From assembly GCA_963767005.1 (NCBI GenBank), contig CAVYCN010000012.1:109089-173088 (forward strand): DNA of 64,000 bases, in the 5' to 3' direction. The notes beneath the pieces are model-generated. The model saw only the letters and a list, made by a program, of their open reading frames with translations. It had not been told where the DNA came from and searched no databases. Below are positions 52,925 to 61,937 of this stretch, one piece after another. This DNA is from an uncultured Actinomycetes bacterium. Its GTDB lineage: Bacteria > Actinomycetota > Thermoleophilia > UBA2241. Position numbers and translations under genes: made by a program. Position 1 is the stretch's first letter; the number at the start of each line of letters is the position of its first letter.

Positions 52925-53584
52925 CTAGATGAGGCGGTGGCGCACCGCGATCGCGGCGGCCTCGGTGCGGCTCGACGCGCCCAGCTTGGTGATCACGCTG
53001 CTCACGTGCGTCTTCACCGTGGACAGGCTGATCACGAGGCGCTCGGCGATGCCGGCGTTCGACAGCCCCTCGGCCACGAGGGCCAGCACCTGGCACTCGC
53101 GCCGAGTGAGGTCGGCGCCGACCGCCGCGGGCGCCGCGAGCTCGCGGATCAGCACCTCGGCCACCTCGGGTGCGAGCGTCGAGCGCCCGGCGTGGGCGTC
53201 GCGCACGGCGGCGGCGAGCTGCTCGCCGGTGACGTTCTTGAGCAGGTAGCCGATCGCGCCGGCGCGCAGGGCGCCCTGGATCAGCTCTTCGTCGGAGAAG
53301 CTCGTGAGCGCCAGCACCCGGGTGGCGGGGCACTCGCGCAGGATCTCCGCGGTCGCCTCGACGCCGCTCATGCCGGGCATGACGAGGTCCATGAGCACGA
53401 CGTCGGGGCGCAGCTCGCGGGCCGCCGCCATGGCCGTCGCGCCGCTGTCGGCCTCGCCCACCACCGCGATGTCGTCGCAGAGCCGCAGGATGCCCTGCAG
53501 GCCGCGGCGCACGAGCTCGTGGTCGTCGACGATCAGGACGCCGATCGTGCCGGTCGACGTGGCCTCGTCGCTCACCGCGATCAT
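52925..53584 (-). CDS. NarL/LuxR-family response regulator
   Basis: VDDHELVRRG, PDVVLMDL, LTRRE and TVKTHV motifs. Confidence 0.95.
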   Translation of the reverse strand: MIAVSDEATSTGTIGVLIVDDHELVRRGLQGILRLCDDIAVVGEADSGATAMAAARELRPDVVLMDLVMPGMSGVEATAEILRECPATRVLALTSFSDEELIQGALRAGAIGYLLKNVTGEQLAAAVRDAHAGRSTLAPEVAEVLIRELAAPAAVGADLTRRECQVLALVAEGLSNAGIAERLVISLSTVKTHVSSVITKLGASSRTEAAAIAVRHRLI

Positions 53585-55059
53585 CCCCCTCCCGACGGCC
53601 AGCAGGCCGTGACCAGCGTACCACCGCCGGCCTCGCTTGCGACCACGAGCGAGGCCTCGACCGCCGCGGCGCGCTCCCGCATGATGCGCAGCCCGAGCTG
53701 CTCCGGGCCCACGGCGGCAGGGTCGAAGCCGCGGCCGTCGTCGCCGACCACGAGGCGCACCTGGGTATCGGAACCATCCAGCGCGATCCAGGCTCGCCCG
53801 GCGTGCGCGTGTCGCACGATGTTGTTCATCGCCTCCTGAGCGATCCGGTACAGGGCGATCGTGACGTCGGCCGGCAGCGGCGGCGCGGGCCCGACCGACA
53901 GCTCCACCGCCGTATGCGTACGCGCCTGGGTCGCCTGCGCCACGTGGTCGAGCAGGTCGGTGAGCGGCGACTGGCCCAGGGCGCCGGGGCGCATCTCCAT
54001 GAGCATGGCGCGCATCTCGGCGAGAGCGCCACGTGTGAGGCGCTGCACGTCGACGAGGCCCTCGCGCGACCCGGGAGACGTGCAGTCGGGCGCCTTGAGC
54101 AGCGCCTCGGCCGTGAGGCTGGCCGCGAACAGCGACTGCGTGACCGAGTCGTGCAGCTCACGCGCCAGCCGCGAGCGCTCGGCCGCCACGGCGGAGGTCT
54201 CGACCTGCTCGCGCAGCCGCGCGTTCTCGATCGCGAGGGCCGCCTGATCGGCGAACGACGACGCCAGGCCGAGATCGTCGGGCGAGAACGAGACCGCTCG
54301 CGCGTAGGGCAGGGCGATCGCGCCGAACGTGTCGCTGCGCACGGTCAGGGGCAGCACCAGCAGGTGGGACGAGCCGAGCGGCCGGCGGGCCACGACGGCG
54401 CGCTCGAGCGCGCCGTCGCGCAGCTCGGCCGCGATCTCCGCTGCCCTCTCGTCGCTCAGGTCGACGGCGGCGAGCAGGCGCGGCCTGTCGTCGCCTGACT
54501 CGACGCGAAAGAGCCCACCGCCGTCGGCCGCCAGCAGCTGGCGGGCCTGCGTCACGATGTCGAGGAGCAGCTCCGACAGCGGCCGGTCCGAGTCGAGCAC
54601 CGACACCTCCTGCAGGCGCTGGACCTGCGCGGTGAGCGAGTGCAGGCGGGCCGTGATCGTGCGTTCCCGCTCGTAGAGGCGGTCGTAGCGGTTGTAGAGC
54701 GAGCCGAGGGCGATCAGACCGGCGCCGGCCAGGGCGCCGAAGACGATGAGGAGGATGTTCTGCAGGTTGGCGCGGCCTTGGAGGACCATCACGTACACGG
54801 TGAGCGCCAGGCAGACGGCGCTGACCGCGACGACGGCCCAGCGCTCGCGCAGCGCGAACGTGACGAGCAGCAGGGGAAGCAGGTAGAAGCCGGCGATGGC
54901 GTAGCCCGGTATCAGCAGGTCGAGCACGAACGCCATGGCGATGCCGACCGCGGCGAGAGCGAGCACCACCTCACGGTGCAGGCGCAGCCAGTCGACCGTG
55001 AGCAGCGCACGCCGGAAGCTGCGTCCGGCCGCACCTGCGCCGGTTTCCGACCACGACAT
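53581..55059 (-). CDS. Membrane GAF-containing HisKA_3 sensor kinase
   Basis: 4 TMs, GAF region (AALAIENARL), RLARELHDSV, QEAMNN and DDGRGF motifs. Confidence 0.92.
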   Translation of the reverse strand: MSWSETGAGAAGRSFRRALLTVDWLRLHREVVLALAAVGIAMAFVLDLLIPGYAIAGFYLLPLLLVTFALRERWAVVAVSAVCLALTVYVMVLQGRANLQNILLIVFGALAGAGLIALGSLYNRYDRLYERERTITARLHSLTAQVQRLQEVSVLDSDRPLSELLLDIVTQARQLLAADGGGLFRVESGDDRPRLLAAVDLSDERAAEIAAELRDGALERAVVARRPLGSSHLLVLPLTVRSDTFGAIALPYARAVSFSPDDLGLASSFADQAALAIENARLREQVETSAVAAERSRLARELHDSVTQSLFAASLTAEALLKAPDCTSPGSREGLVDVQRLTRGALAEMRAMLMEMRPGALGQSPLTDLLDHVAQATQARTHTAVELSVGPAPPLPADVTIALYRIAQEAMNNIVRHAHAGRAWIALDGSDTQVRLVVGDDGRGFDPAAVGPEQLGLRIMRERAAAVEASLVVASEAGGGTLVTACWPSGGG

Positions 55060-55174
55060 GAGGACCGCCCCCTCGCGCCCTCTCGCCGGACCGCGCTGCC
55101 GCGACATCCCAAGGCGCGGCCGGTCCGGCCTCGACCCTACGGGCCCATCATAGCGCCCCCGGCTTATACTCGCC

Positions 55175-55852
55175 GTGATGGCTCCGACCACGGTCACAGA
55201 CGACCTGCGGCTCTCGCCGCTGCTGGCCGGTCTTGCCGACGCCCAGATCGCGTCGCTTGCCGAGCTGGCGGCGCCGGTGACCCTGCCGGCCGAGACCGGT
55301 GTCTTCTTGCAGGGTGACCCCGGGGAGGCCTTCTACCTGCTCGCCGCGGGCGCGGTGAAGGTCCTCAAGTCGTTCCGCGACGGGCGCACGGCGACCATCC
55401 GCCACGTGCGGCCCGGCGAGACCTTCGGCGAGTCGGTGCTCTTCAACGACACCTATCCGGCGAGCGCCGAGACCATGGCGACGTCGCGCCTCTACCGCTT
55501 CGGCCGCGACGACTTCCGCGCCCTGGTGCTCAACGAGCCCGAGCTCGGCCTGCGCCTGATCGCCACCATGGCCCACCTCCTGGTCATGCTCAACCAGCGC
55601 GTCGAGGAGCTGCTCCTGCCCGTGCCGGCTCGGCTGGCGCGCTACCTGCTCGAGCTCTGCGGCGAACAGGGCACGCCGGGGCAGTGCAGCCTGAGCGTGC
55701 CCAAGCACGAGGTCGCGGCCCGGCTGGGCACCGTGCCCGAGACCCTGAGCCGCACCCTGGGCCGCCTGGAGCGCGGCGGCCTGATCGCCGCGCGCGGCGC
55801 CACCTACACGGTGATCAACCGCGCCGGTCTCGAGCGCCTCGCGCAGCAGTAG
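55175..55852 (+). CDS. Crp/Fnr-family regulator (DNR/HcpR-like, no Fe-S Cys cluster)
   Basis: cNMP-like domain (GETFGE) and HTH GTVPETLSR carrying the FNR-type ExxSR. Confidence 0.92.
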   Translation: MMAPTTVTDDLRLSPLLAGLADAQIASLAELAAPVTLPAETGVFLQGDPGEAFYLLAAGAVKVLKSFRDGRTATIRHVRPGETFGESVLFNDTYPASAETMATSRLYRFGRDDFRALVLNEPELGLRLIATMAHLLVMLNQRVEELLLPVPARLARYLLELCGEQGTPGQCSLSVPKHEVAARLGTVPETLSRTLGRLERGGLIAARGATYTVINRAGLERLAQQ

Positions 55853-55951
55853 CGGGCCGCCCCGCGGCCGCTCTCCTAGCCGCGCGTTTCGACCGGTCGA
55901 CTCCACGACGTGGCCTTGCGGCGGCCGGAAGGGCCCGGGCCGAACGGCCGC

Positions 55952-55965
55952 TTGATGCAAGTCAA
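55952..55965. promoter_or_regulatory. FNR/DNR-type box
   Basis: TTGATGCAAGTCAA (consensus TTGAT-N4-ATCAA, 1 mismatch), centred about 30 bp upstream of -10 TACGGT (55989), i.e. class II spacing. Confidence 0.75.
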
Positions 55966-56093
55966 GGGAACGTTGCCGCGCAGGCGGGTACGGTTGGCTC
56001 GAGCGCAGGGAGCGCGGCCCGAGACCCCCTCCTCACCCTGACTGACCACAAGCGAGCCGCCGCGCGGCTCCTCGAACGAAAGCGAGCGCGACC

Positions 56094-56483
56094 ATGGCGA
56101 TAGTGACCCGCAGCATCGTCCACATCGACGAGGAGAAGTGCACCGGCTGCGGCCTGTGCGTGCTGCCCTGCGCCGAGGGGGCCATCGAGCTCGTCGACGG
56201 CAAGGCGAAGGTTGTGAAAGAGGAGCTGTGCGACGGCGCCGGCTTCTGCCTGGCCGTCTGTCCCGAAGGGGCGCTCACCGTCGAGCACCGCGAGGCGCCG
56301 GCGTTCGACGAGGACGCGGCGGCCGAGCGCACGGCCGCCAAGCTCGCGTCCGGCGCCGTCATGGTCCAGACCTGCTTCGCCTGCGGGCGCAGCGAGATGG
56401 ACAGCCCGCTGCTGCCGGTGCGCACCGAGGGCCGCAGCACCTGGGTGTGCGTCAAGTGCCTGCCGCAGCTCATCCACGGCTGA
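56094..56483 (+). CDS. 4Fe-4S dicluster protein with C-terminal CxxC...CxxC
   Basis: CTGCGLCVLPC, CDGAGFCLAVCP, CFAC and CVKC motifs. Confidence 0.9.
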   Translation: MAIVTRSIVHIDEEKCTGCGLCVLPCAEGAIELVDGKAKVVKEELCDGAGFCLAVCPEGALTVEHREAPAFDEDAAAERTAAKLASGAVMVQTCFACGRSEMDSPLLPVRTEGRSTWVCVKCLPQLIHG

Positions 56484-56587
56484 CCGACCTTACGGGCGGG
56501 TGACCGTCGCCGACGGCGCCGCTCCCCGCCCGCACCGCACGACCGACGGCCGCGCGCCCCGCGCGACGAGCCCCGACAAGGAGGACC

Positions 56588-58477
56588 ATGGAGACCACAG
56601 GGACACGTGACAGCCTGCACGGCTCGGTGAACGCCGTGCTCGAGCGCACCCGCGCCGCCGGCGAGGACACCGTCTTCGACCGCATGCAGGCGCAGGGCGA
56701 GCGGCGCTGCCAGTTCTGCGAGGGCGGCATCCGCTGCTCGATCTGCTCGCAGGGCCCCTGCCGCATCACCGCCAAGGCGCCGCGCGGCGTCTGCGGCATC
56801 GACGCCGACGGCATGGCGATGCGCGGCTTCCTGCTGCAGAACACGATGGGCGCCGCCGCCTACACCTACCACGCCGGCGAGGTCATGAAGACGCTGGCGC
56901 AGGCCAAGCCGGGCGGCACCTACGAGATCAAGGACTGGAGCAAGCTCGAGCTGCTCGCCCGCGGCGCGGGCGTCGAGCTCGAGCCGCGCGACACGCTGGC
57001 CAAGCGCGTCGCCGACACGATCTGGGCCGAGTTCAACCGCGACCATCACGAGGAATCGCCGCTCATCGCGGCCTTCGCGCCGGCCCCCCGCGTCGCGGCC
57101 TGGCGCAAGCTCGGCGTCATGCCCGGCGGCGTGCTGCACGAGAACAACCGTTGCACCACGAGCTGCATGACCAACATCGACGGCGACTACGTGTCGCTCG
57201 CCGTCAAGGGCCTGCGCCTCGGTCTCGCCACCGCCTACGGCGCCCAGGTGCCGCTCGAGCTCGCCCAGGACGCCCTGTTCGGCACGCCCACGCCGCACGC
57301 CATCAAGGTTGACCTCGGCATCCTCGACGCCACGTATGTGAACGTCGTCGTCAACGGCCACGAGCCCATGCTGGGCGCCGCCCTGATCGACGCCGCGCAC
57401 GCCGACGCCGTCCAGGCCGCCGCCCGTGCCGCCGGCGCCCAGGGCTTGCGCATCGTGGGCAGCATCGAGACCGGCCAGGAGCTCGTGCAGCGCTTCCCGG
57501 TCGACGACGTCTTCGTCGGGCTCACCGGCAACTGGCTGGCGACCGAGATGGTCGTGGCGACCGGCGCCGTCGACGTGTTCGCGGCCGACATGAACTGCAC
57601 CGTGCCGACCCTGGCCGACACCTGCAAGGCCCACGGCACGCTGCTCATCCCGGTGAGCGACCTCATGGGCATCCCCGGCGCCGAGCCGGCCGTCGTGTTC
57701 GATCCCGCCAAGGCGGCCGAGCAGGCGCGGACACTCATCGACCGGGCGATCGCCAACTTCCCGTCGCGCAAGGCGCGTCTGAACGGCAACGGCGTGACCG
57801 GCCTGCGCACCGGCGACGCCGTCGCCGGCTTCTCGACCGAGAGCATCCTCGCCGCGCTCGGCGGCAGCCTCGACCCGCTGCTCGACGTGATCAAGAACGG
57901 CACGCTGCGCGGCGTCGCCGGCCTGGTGAGCTGCACCACGCTGCGCGACTCCGGCCAGGACAGCATGACGGTGGCCGTCGCCCGCGAGCTCATCAAGCAC
58001 GACGTGCTCGTGCTCTCGATGGGCTGTGGCAACGCCGCCTGCCAGGTCGCCGGGTTGCAGGACCTGAAGGCCAAGGAGCTCGCGGGCCCCGGCCTGCAGG
58101 CCGTCTGCGACCTGCTCGGCATCCCGCCGGTGCTGTCGTTTGGCACCTGCACCGACACCGGCCGCATCATGCTGCTGGTCGGCGCCATCGCCGACGCCCT
58201 GGGCGTCGACGTGCCGGCGTTGCCCGTGGTGGCAACGGCGCCCGAGTACATGGAGCAGAAGGCGACGATCGACGCCATGGCCGCCCTCGCCTTCGGCCTG
58301 TACGTGCACGTCAACCCAGTCCCCTTCGTGACCGGCGCGCCGCGCCTGGTCAAGCTCGTCACCGAGGACCTGCCCGGCGTGACCGGCGGCAAGCTCGCCG
58401 TCGAGACCGACCCGATTGAGGCCGTCGCGGCCATGCTCGCGCACATCGAGGCGAAGCGGACCGCGCTCGGCATCTAA
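56588..58477 (+). CDS. cooS: Ni-CODH (CooS) family protein with non-canonical ligands
   Basis: CSICSQGPC...CG B-cluster, NGHEP, DMNC, SC, MGC, GTCTD and EQKA motifs; D-cluster is CxxC; GSIETG replaces GxCCTG. Confidence 0.88.
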   Translation: METTGTRDSLHGSVNAVLERTRAAGEDTVFDRMQAQGERRCQFCEGGIRCSICSQGPCRITAKAPRGVCGIDADGMAMRGFLLQNTMGAAAYTYHAGEVMKTLAQAKPGGTYEIKDWSKLELLARGAGVELEPRDTLAKRVADTIWAEFNRDHHEESPLIAAFAPAPRVAAWRKLGVMPGGVLHENNRCTTSCMTNIDGDYVSLAVKGLRLGLATAYGAQVPLELAQDALFGTPTPHAIKVDLGILDATYVNVVVNGHEPMLGAALIDAAHADAVQAAARAAGAQGLRIVGSIETGQELVQRFPVDDVFVGLTGNWLATEMVVATGAVDVFAADMNCTVPTLADTCKAHGTLLIPVSDLMGIPGAEPAVVFDPAKAAEQARTLIDRAIANFPSRKARLNGNGVTGLRTGDAVAGFSTESILAALGGSLDPLLDVIKNGTLRGVAGLVSCTTLRDSGQDSMTVAVARELIKHDVLVLSMGCGNAACQVAGLQDLKAKELAGPGLQAVCDLLGIPPVLSFGTCTDTGRIMLLVGAIADALGVDVPALPVVATAPEYMEQKATIDAMAALAFGLYVHVNPVPFVTGAPRLVKLVTEDLPGVTGGKLAVETDPIEAVAAMLAHIEAKRTALGI

Positions 58478-58711
58478 GCGACTCCCGGACCTTCCGCCCG
58501 CGTCGGCTTCCGGGCGCACCCCCGGCACCCGGCGCGGGCGGGAGTAAGGGCATCCGCCCTCACCCCCGCCCTTCCTGTGCCTTGGCTCGCGCTTCTCACC
58601 CCCGATCTCTTTGCGCCTGGGGGCTCCCTCCCGAGTTGGCGAAGTCCGTTGCGGGGGGTGACGCTCTCCCTGGACGGTTGCGCCGCGCCGCCGACGCCGC
58701 AAGATGAGGCC

Positions 58712-59716
58712 ATGGGCCTCGAGACCCCGCATCCGGCAGAGGCGCCAGCCCCCACGGGCGCCCCCAGGCTCATGGACCAGCTCCACGCCGCCCTGCGCTC
58801 GCGCCAGTACAGCCGGCGCACCGAACAGGTCTACTGTCTCTGGGTCCGCCGCTACATCCGCTTCAACGGCCTGCGCCATCCGCGCGACATGGCGGCGCCC
58901 GAGATCAACGCCTTTCTCACCCATCTGGCGACCGTCGACGGGGTCAGCGCATCCACACAGACGCAGGCGCTGTCCGCCCTCCTGTTCCTGTACCGGCACG
59001 TGCTCGGCATGCAGGTGGGCGAGCTCGGCGATGTGGTGCGGGCACGCCCGTCGCGCCGCGTACCGGTCGTCCTCACCAGGGATGAGGTGCGCAGAGTCCT
59101 GGCCCACCTCGATGGCGAACCCTGGCTCGTCGCGTCGCTTCTGTACGGCTGCGGGTTGCGCTTCAACGAGTGTCTGCGGCTCCGCGTCCAGGACGTCGAC
59201 TTCGAGCGGCACGAGATCACGGTGCGCGCCGGCAAGGGCAACAAGGATCGGCACACCATGCTGCCGCACTCGCTTGCGGGCCCGCTCAGCGACCAGATCG
59301 AGAGGGCCAGGTGGGTGCACCGGCGTGACCTGGCCGACAGCTGGGGGGCCGTCGTGCTGCCCGACGCGCTCGACCGCAAGTACCCCGCCGCATCGCGAGA
59401 CTGGCGCTGGCAGTGGGTCTTTCCGCAGGCGCGGCGCTGGCGGAACCGACGCACCGGCGAGCAGGGCCGTCACCACGTGCACGCCGGCCTGGTGCAGCGC
59501 GCAGTCCACCAGGCGGTGCAACGGGCCGGCGTGGCCAAGCGCGCCTCCTGCCACACGCTGCGACACTCGTTTGCGACCCACCTGCTCGAATCGAGCTACG
59601 ACATCCGCACGATCCAGGAGCTCCTCGGCCACCGCAGCGTGAGCACGACCATGATCTACACGCATGTGCTGAACGCCGGCGGCCAGGGCGTGCGCAGCCC
59701 ACTCGACGCCCTGTGA
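58712..59716 (+). CDS. intI: Integron integrase
   Basis: [36 protein letters not shown], the IntI-specific insertion [10 protein letters not shown]...[29 protein letters not shown] and TTMIYTHV. Confidence 0.97.
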   Translation: MGLETPHPAEAPAPTGAPRLMDQLHAALRSRQYSRRTEQVYCLWVRRYIRFNGLRHPRDMAAPEINAFLTHLATVDGVSASTQTQALSALLFLYRHVLGMQVGELGDVVRARPSRRVPVVLTRDEVRRVLAHLDGEPWLVASLLYGCGLRFNECLRLRVQDVDFERHEITVRAGKGNKDRHTMLPHSLAGPLSDQIERARWVHRRDLADSWGAVVLPDALDRKYPAASRDWRWQWVFPQARRWRNRRTGEQGRHHVHAGLVQRAVHQAVQRAGVAKRASCHTLRHSFATHLLESSYDIRTIQELLGHRSVSTTMIYTHVLNAGGQGVRSPLDAL

Positions 59717-59771
59717 TCCGCCGCTGCTTTCACAAACCACATACCACGCACCCGCGAGCGCTCGCCTTCCC

Positions 59772-59833
59772 CTTATCAACAAGGGCGTATGATGAAACCG
59801 CTTCTTATCAACTCAGTAGAATCACTGTTAGGC
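59772..59833 (+). other. attI-like site and candidate Pc
   Basis: GTTAGGC core at 59827, complementary to the first cassette's GCCTAAC. No upstream attC hairpin seen. CTTATCAAC direct repeats at 59772 and 59804; -10-like TATGAT (59788) and TAGAAT (59817). Confidence 0.7.
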
Positions 59834-59849
59834 GCACGGGAGGCGGGGC

Positions 59850-60227
59850 GTGGACCTGACGCGGCTTCCTGAACCGCTCGTTGCTGCAGCGATCGTGAAC
59901 CAGCCTGAGGGGTGCGAGCATGTCGCTTGGCTCCGCGCACATGCCCTGGAGGTGCTTCGGTACCTGGCCGGGTTCGATGTGGCCGTGCTCGGCGGTGACG
60001 TCTTGGTGCACGACGTTCACGGCTTCCGCCACGCCTACGACAACTGGACCTGTGCGCATCAGGTTGGCGAGAGCTGGCCCGACTACGCAACGCGAAGCCG
60101 GCACGAGGCCGAGGCATACGTGGTCCGCTACCCGGAGCGCGGAGAGACCGCCTACGTGCTCGTGCTGCAGGAGGAGCCGTCAGCCCGCGACCTTCTACTC
60201 TCAAGGGGAGTCGATGCCGGCGCCTAA
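59850..60227 (+). CDS. Cassette 1: Imm40-like immunity protein
   Basis: AW...LGGDV...YDNW...RS...A..Y pattern; SD GGAGG; TAA lies inside attC R''. Confidence 0.65.
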   Translation: MDLTRLPEPLVAAAIVNQPEGCEHVAWLRAHALEVLRYLAGFDVAVLGGDVLVHDVHGFRHAYDNWTCAHQVGESWPDYATRSRHEAEAYVVRYPERGETAYVLVLQEEPSARDLLLSRGVDAGA

Positions 60228-60308
60228 CAAGCAGTTAGAGTTGACTACTCAGTGGCCGCGCCAAGGACTATCGTCTGTCTGCGCAGCTCAACTGCAACCC
60301 CGTTAGAC
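60222..60308 (+). repeat. attC1 (87 bp)
   Basis: GCCTAAC...GCAGTTaGAG/CTCAACTGC...GTTAGAC. Confidence 0.92.
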
Positions 60309-60325
60309 GTACTCAAGGGGGGAGC

Positions 60326-60886
60326 GTGGGCAGCTTCTACACGAACGTCACTCTCGCGAGAGCAACGCCGCAGGCGACGCTCGACGCGCTCGGCTCGCGC
60401 CGGGCCCTCCTGGCCGGCGTCGGCGAACGGGTGCTGGTGTTCGACAAGGCCTGCGAATCGCAGGACCCTCAGGTTCTCGCGGCGCTGTGCGCAGAGCTTT
60501 CGTCCCGGGTCGGCTGTGCTGCGCTCGGTGCGTCGAACCATGACGACGACGTGCTCATGCTGTTTCTGTTCAACGACGGTCGCCCCGTCACCGACTACAA
60601 CTCCTGTCCAGGCTACTTCGGGGGTGACGAACGGCCGCCCTCCGTCGTCGATGCGGCCGCGCTGTGCAAGGCGTTCGGCGTCGAGCAGGCTGCCTCACGC
60701 CTCGCAGCGATCCTGGCCTCCGAAGATGATGACATGCTGTTTGCCACCGACCGTCACCAAGCCGTAGTCGACGCACTCGGGCTGCCGACCGCGAGTGTCG
60801 GGTTCGGCTTTGAGTACCTCATGGCCGGCGAATTGCCCGAGGGCCTCGACGCGGCCGATTTGGTTGCGAGTGGTGGAGACGTCTAA
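60326..60886 (+). CDS. Cassette 2: hypothetical protein
   Basis: 186 aa with SD; TAA lies inside attC R''. Confidence 0.8.
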   Translation: MGSFYTNVTLARATPQATLDALGSRRALLAGVGERVLVFDKACESQDPQVLAALCAELSSRVGCAALGASNHDDDVLMLFLFNDGRPVTDYNSCPGYFGGDERPPSVVDAAALCKAFGVEQAASRLAAILASEDDDMLFATDRHQAVVDALGLPTASVGFGFEYLMAGELPEGLDAADLVASGGDV

Positions 60887-60973
60887 CAAGCACATCGAGC
60901 AGACCGGCCGCCAAGGTGGGCTCCGCGTGAACCGTCATCCACGGCCGACAGCTCATGTGCCAACCCGTTAGGT
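60881..60973 (+). repeat. attC2 (93 bp)
   Basis: GTCTAAC...GCACATcGAGC/GCTCATGTGC...GTTAGGT. Confidence 0.92.
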
Positions 60974-61043
60974 GCGGCAACGTCACCCTCCCCGCCGGCC
61001 CAGCCGCGTAGTATCCTTCGCGTAGGGTCTTCAGGAGGTCGCC

Positions 61044-61256
61044 TTGTCCGTCCATTTCCGAATCGAGCTTGAACAAGAGACCGACGGGCGCTGGATCGCC
61101 GAGGTCGTCGAACTGCCGGGCGTGCTCGCCTACGGTGCCTCGCAAGACGAGGCCGTCGCCCACGTCCAAGCGCTCGCCCTGCGCGTGGTAGCCGACCGCC
61201 TTGAACACGACGAGGCCGGCCGCGAGTACCTGGACATCTCCTTCAAGGCCGCGTGA
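61044..61256 (+). CDS. hicB: Cassette 3: short HicB-like antitoxin
   Basis: EQETDGRWIAEVVELPGVLAYG.S.DEA; SD AGGAGG. Confidence 0.85.
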   Translation: MSVHFRIELEQETDGRWIAEVVELPGVLAYGASQDEAVAHVQALALRVVADRLEHDEAGREYLDISFKAA

Positions 61257-61468
61257 GCGACTGGCCGTCCACCCGTGCTCGCACGGTGTTGGCGGCCCTC
61301 TTGCGTCTCGGCTGGACGGTCAAGCGTCAGACGGGCTCGCACAAGACCCTCTCCCGCCCCGGCTGGTCCGATCTGGTCTTCGCTTTCCACGACCGTGACG
61401 AGATCGGCCCGAAGATGCTCGCCCGCATCGCCAAGAACAGTGGTCTTCGCCCCGAGGACCTGCGATGA
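61253..61468 (+). CDS. hicA: Cassette 3: HicA mRNase toxin
   Basis: LLRLGW..KRQTGSH...FH...EIGPKML; 4-bp overlap with hicB. Confidence 0.88.
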   Translation: MSDWPSTRARTVLAALLRLGWTVKRQTGSHKTLSRPGWSDLVFAFHDRDEIGPKMLARIAKNSGLRPEDLR

Positions 61469-61472
61469 GCGC

Positions 61473-61559
61473 ACCTAACAAGCATTTCGAGCAGACTCGC
61501 CGAATGAGTACGCCAAGAGCGAGCGCCTCCCTCGCAGCTCAAATGCAGCCCCGTTGGGC
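61473..61559 (+). repeat. attC3 (87 bp)
   Basis: ACCTAAC...GCATTTcGAGC/GCTCAAATGC...GTTGGGC. Confidence 0.92.
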
Positions 61560-61628
61560 CTACTCCTCCACTCGTCGCGTGGCTCCCAGCGTCTTGCGCG
61601 GGTAGTATTCGCGACGGAGGTCCTCTTC

Positions 61629-61937
61629 ATGGTCGACGTGCTCCACGACAAGCAGCAGGCCATCGCCGAGTTGTGTGCCCGCCACGGCGTGGCGCGCCTC
61701 GACGTCTTCGGTTCGGCTCTGCGCGACGACTTCCGCCCCGGTGAGAGCGACATCGACTTCTTGGTCGAGTTCGCACCGCACGAGGGCTACGCGCTCGTCG
61801 ACGCCTACTTCGGCCTGCTCGACGACTTGCGGGCCCTGCTGGGCACGGATGTCGACCTCGTCATGGCCGACGCCGTCAAGAACCGCTACATCGCCCGCGA
61901 GATCGAGAACACCAGGCAACCGCTCTATGCAGCGTGA
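61629..61937 (+). CDS. Cassette 4: minimal nucleotidyltransferase antitoxin (MntA-like)
   Basis: FGSALR...SDIDFLVEF and VDLV motifs. Confidence 0.9.
   Translation: MVDVLHDKQQAIAELCARHGVARLDVFGSALRDDFRPGESDIDFLVEFAPHEGYALVDAYFGLLDDLRALLGTDVDLVMADAVKNRYIAREIENTRQPLYAA

Noticed and set aside
56588-58477. Evidence for CO oxidation or a Wood-Ljungdahl pathway
   Set aside because: C-cluster Cys-to-Glu and His-to-Tyr changes, and no acsB, cooC or hydrogenase genes in the window.
58478-58711. LexA/SOS box or canonical attI upstream of intI
   Set aside because: No CGAAC-N4-GTTCG or CTGT-N8-ACAG match found by eye, and no divergent cassettes on this side.
56033-59782. Very long antisense ORFs (1249 aa here; also 8520..11504, 26752..29847, 50906..53839)
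   Set aside because: Shadow frames of real genes in high-GC DNA, with no recognisable motifs.
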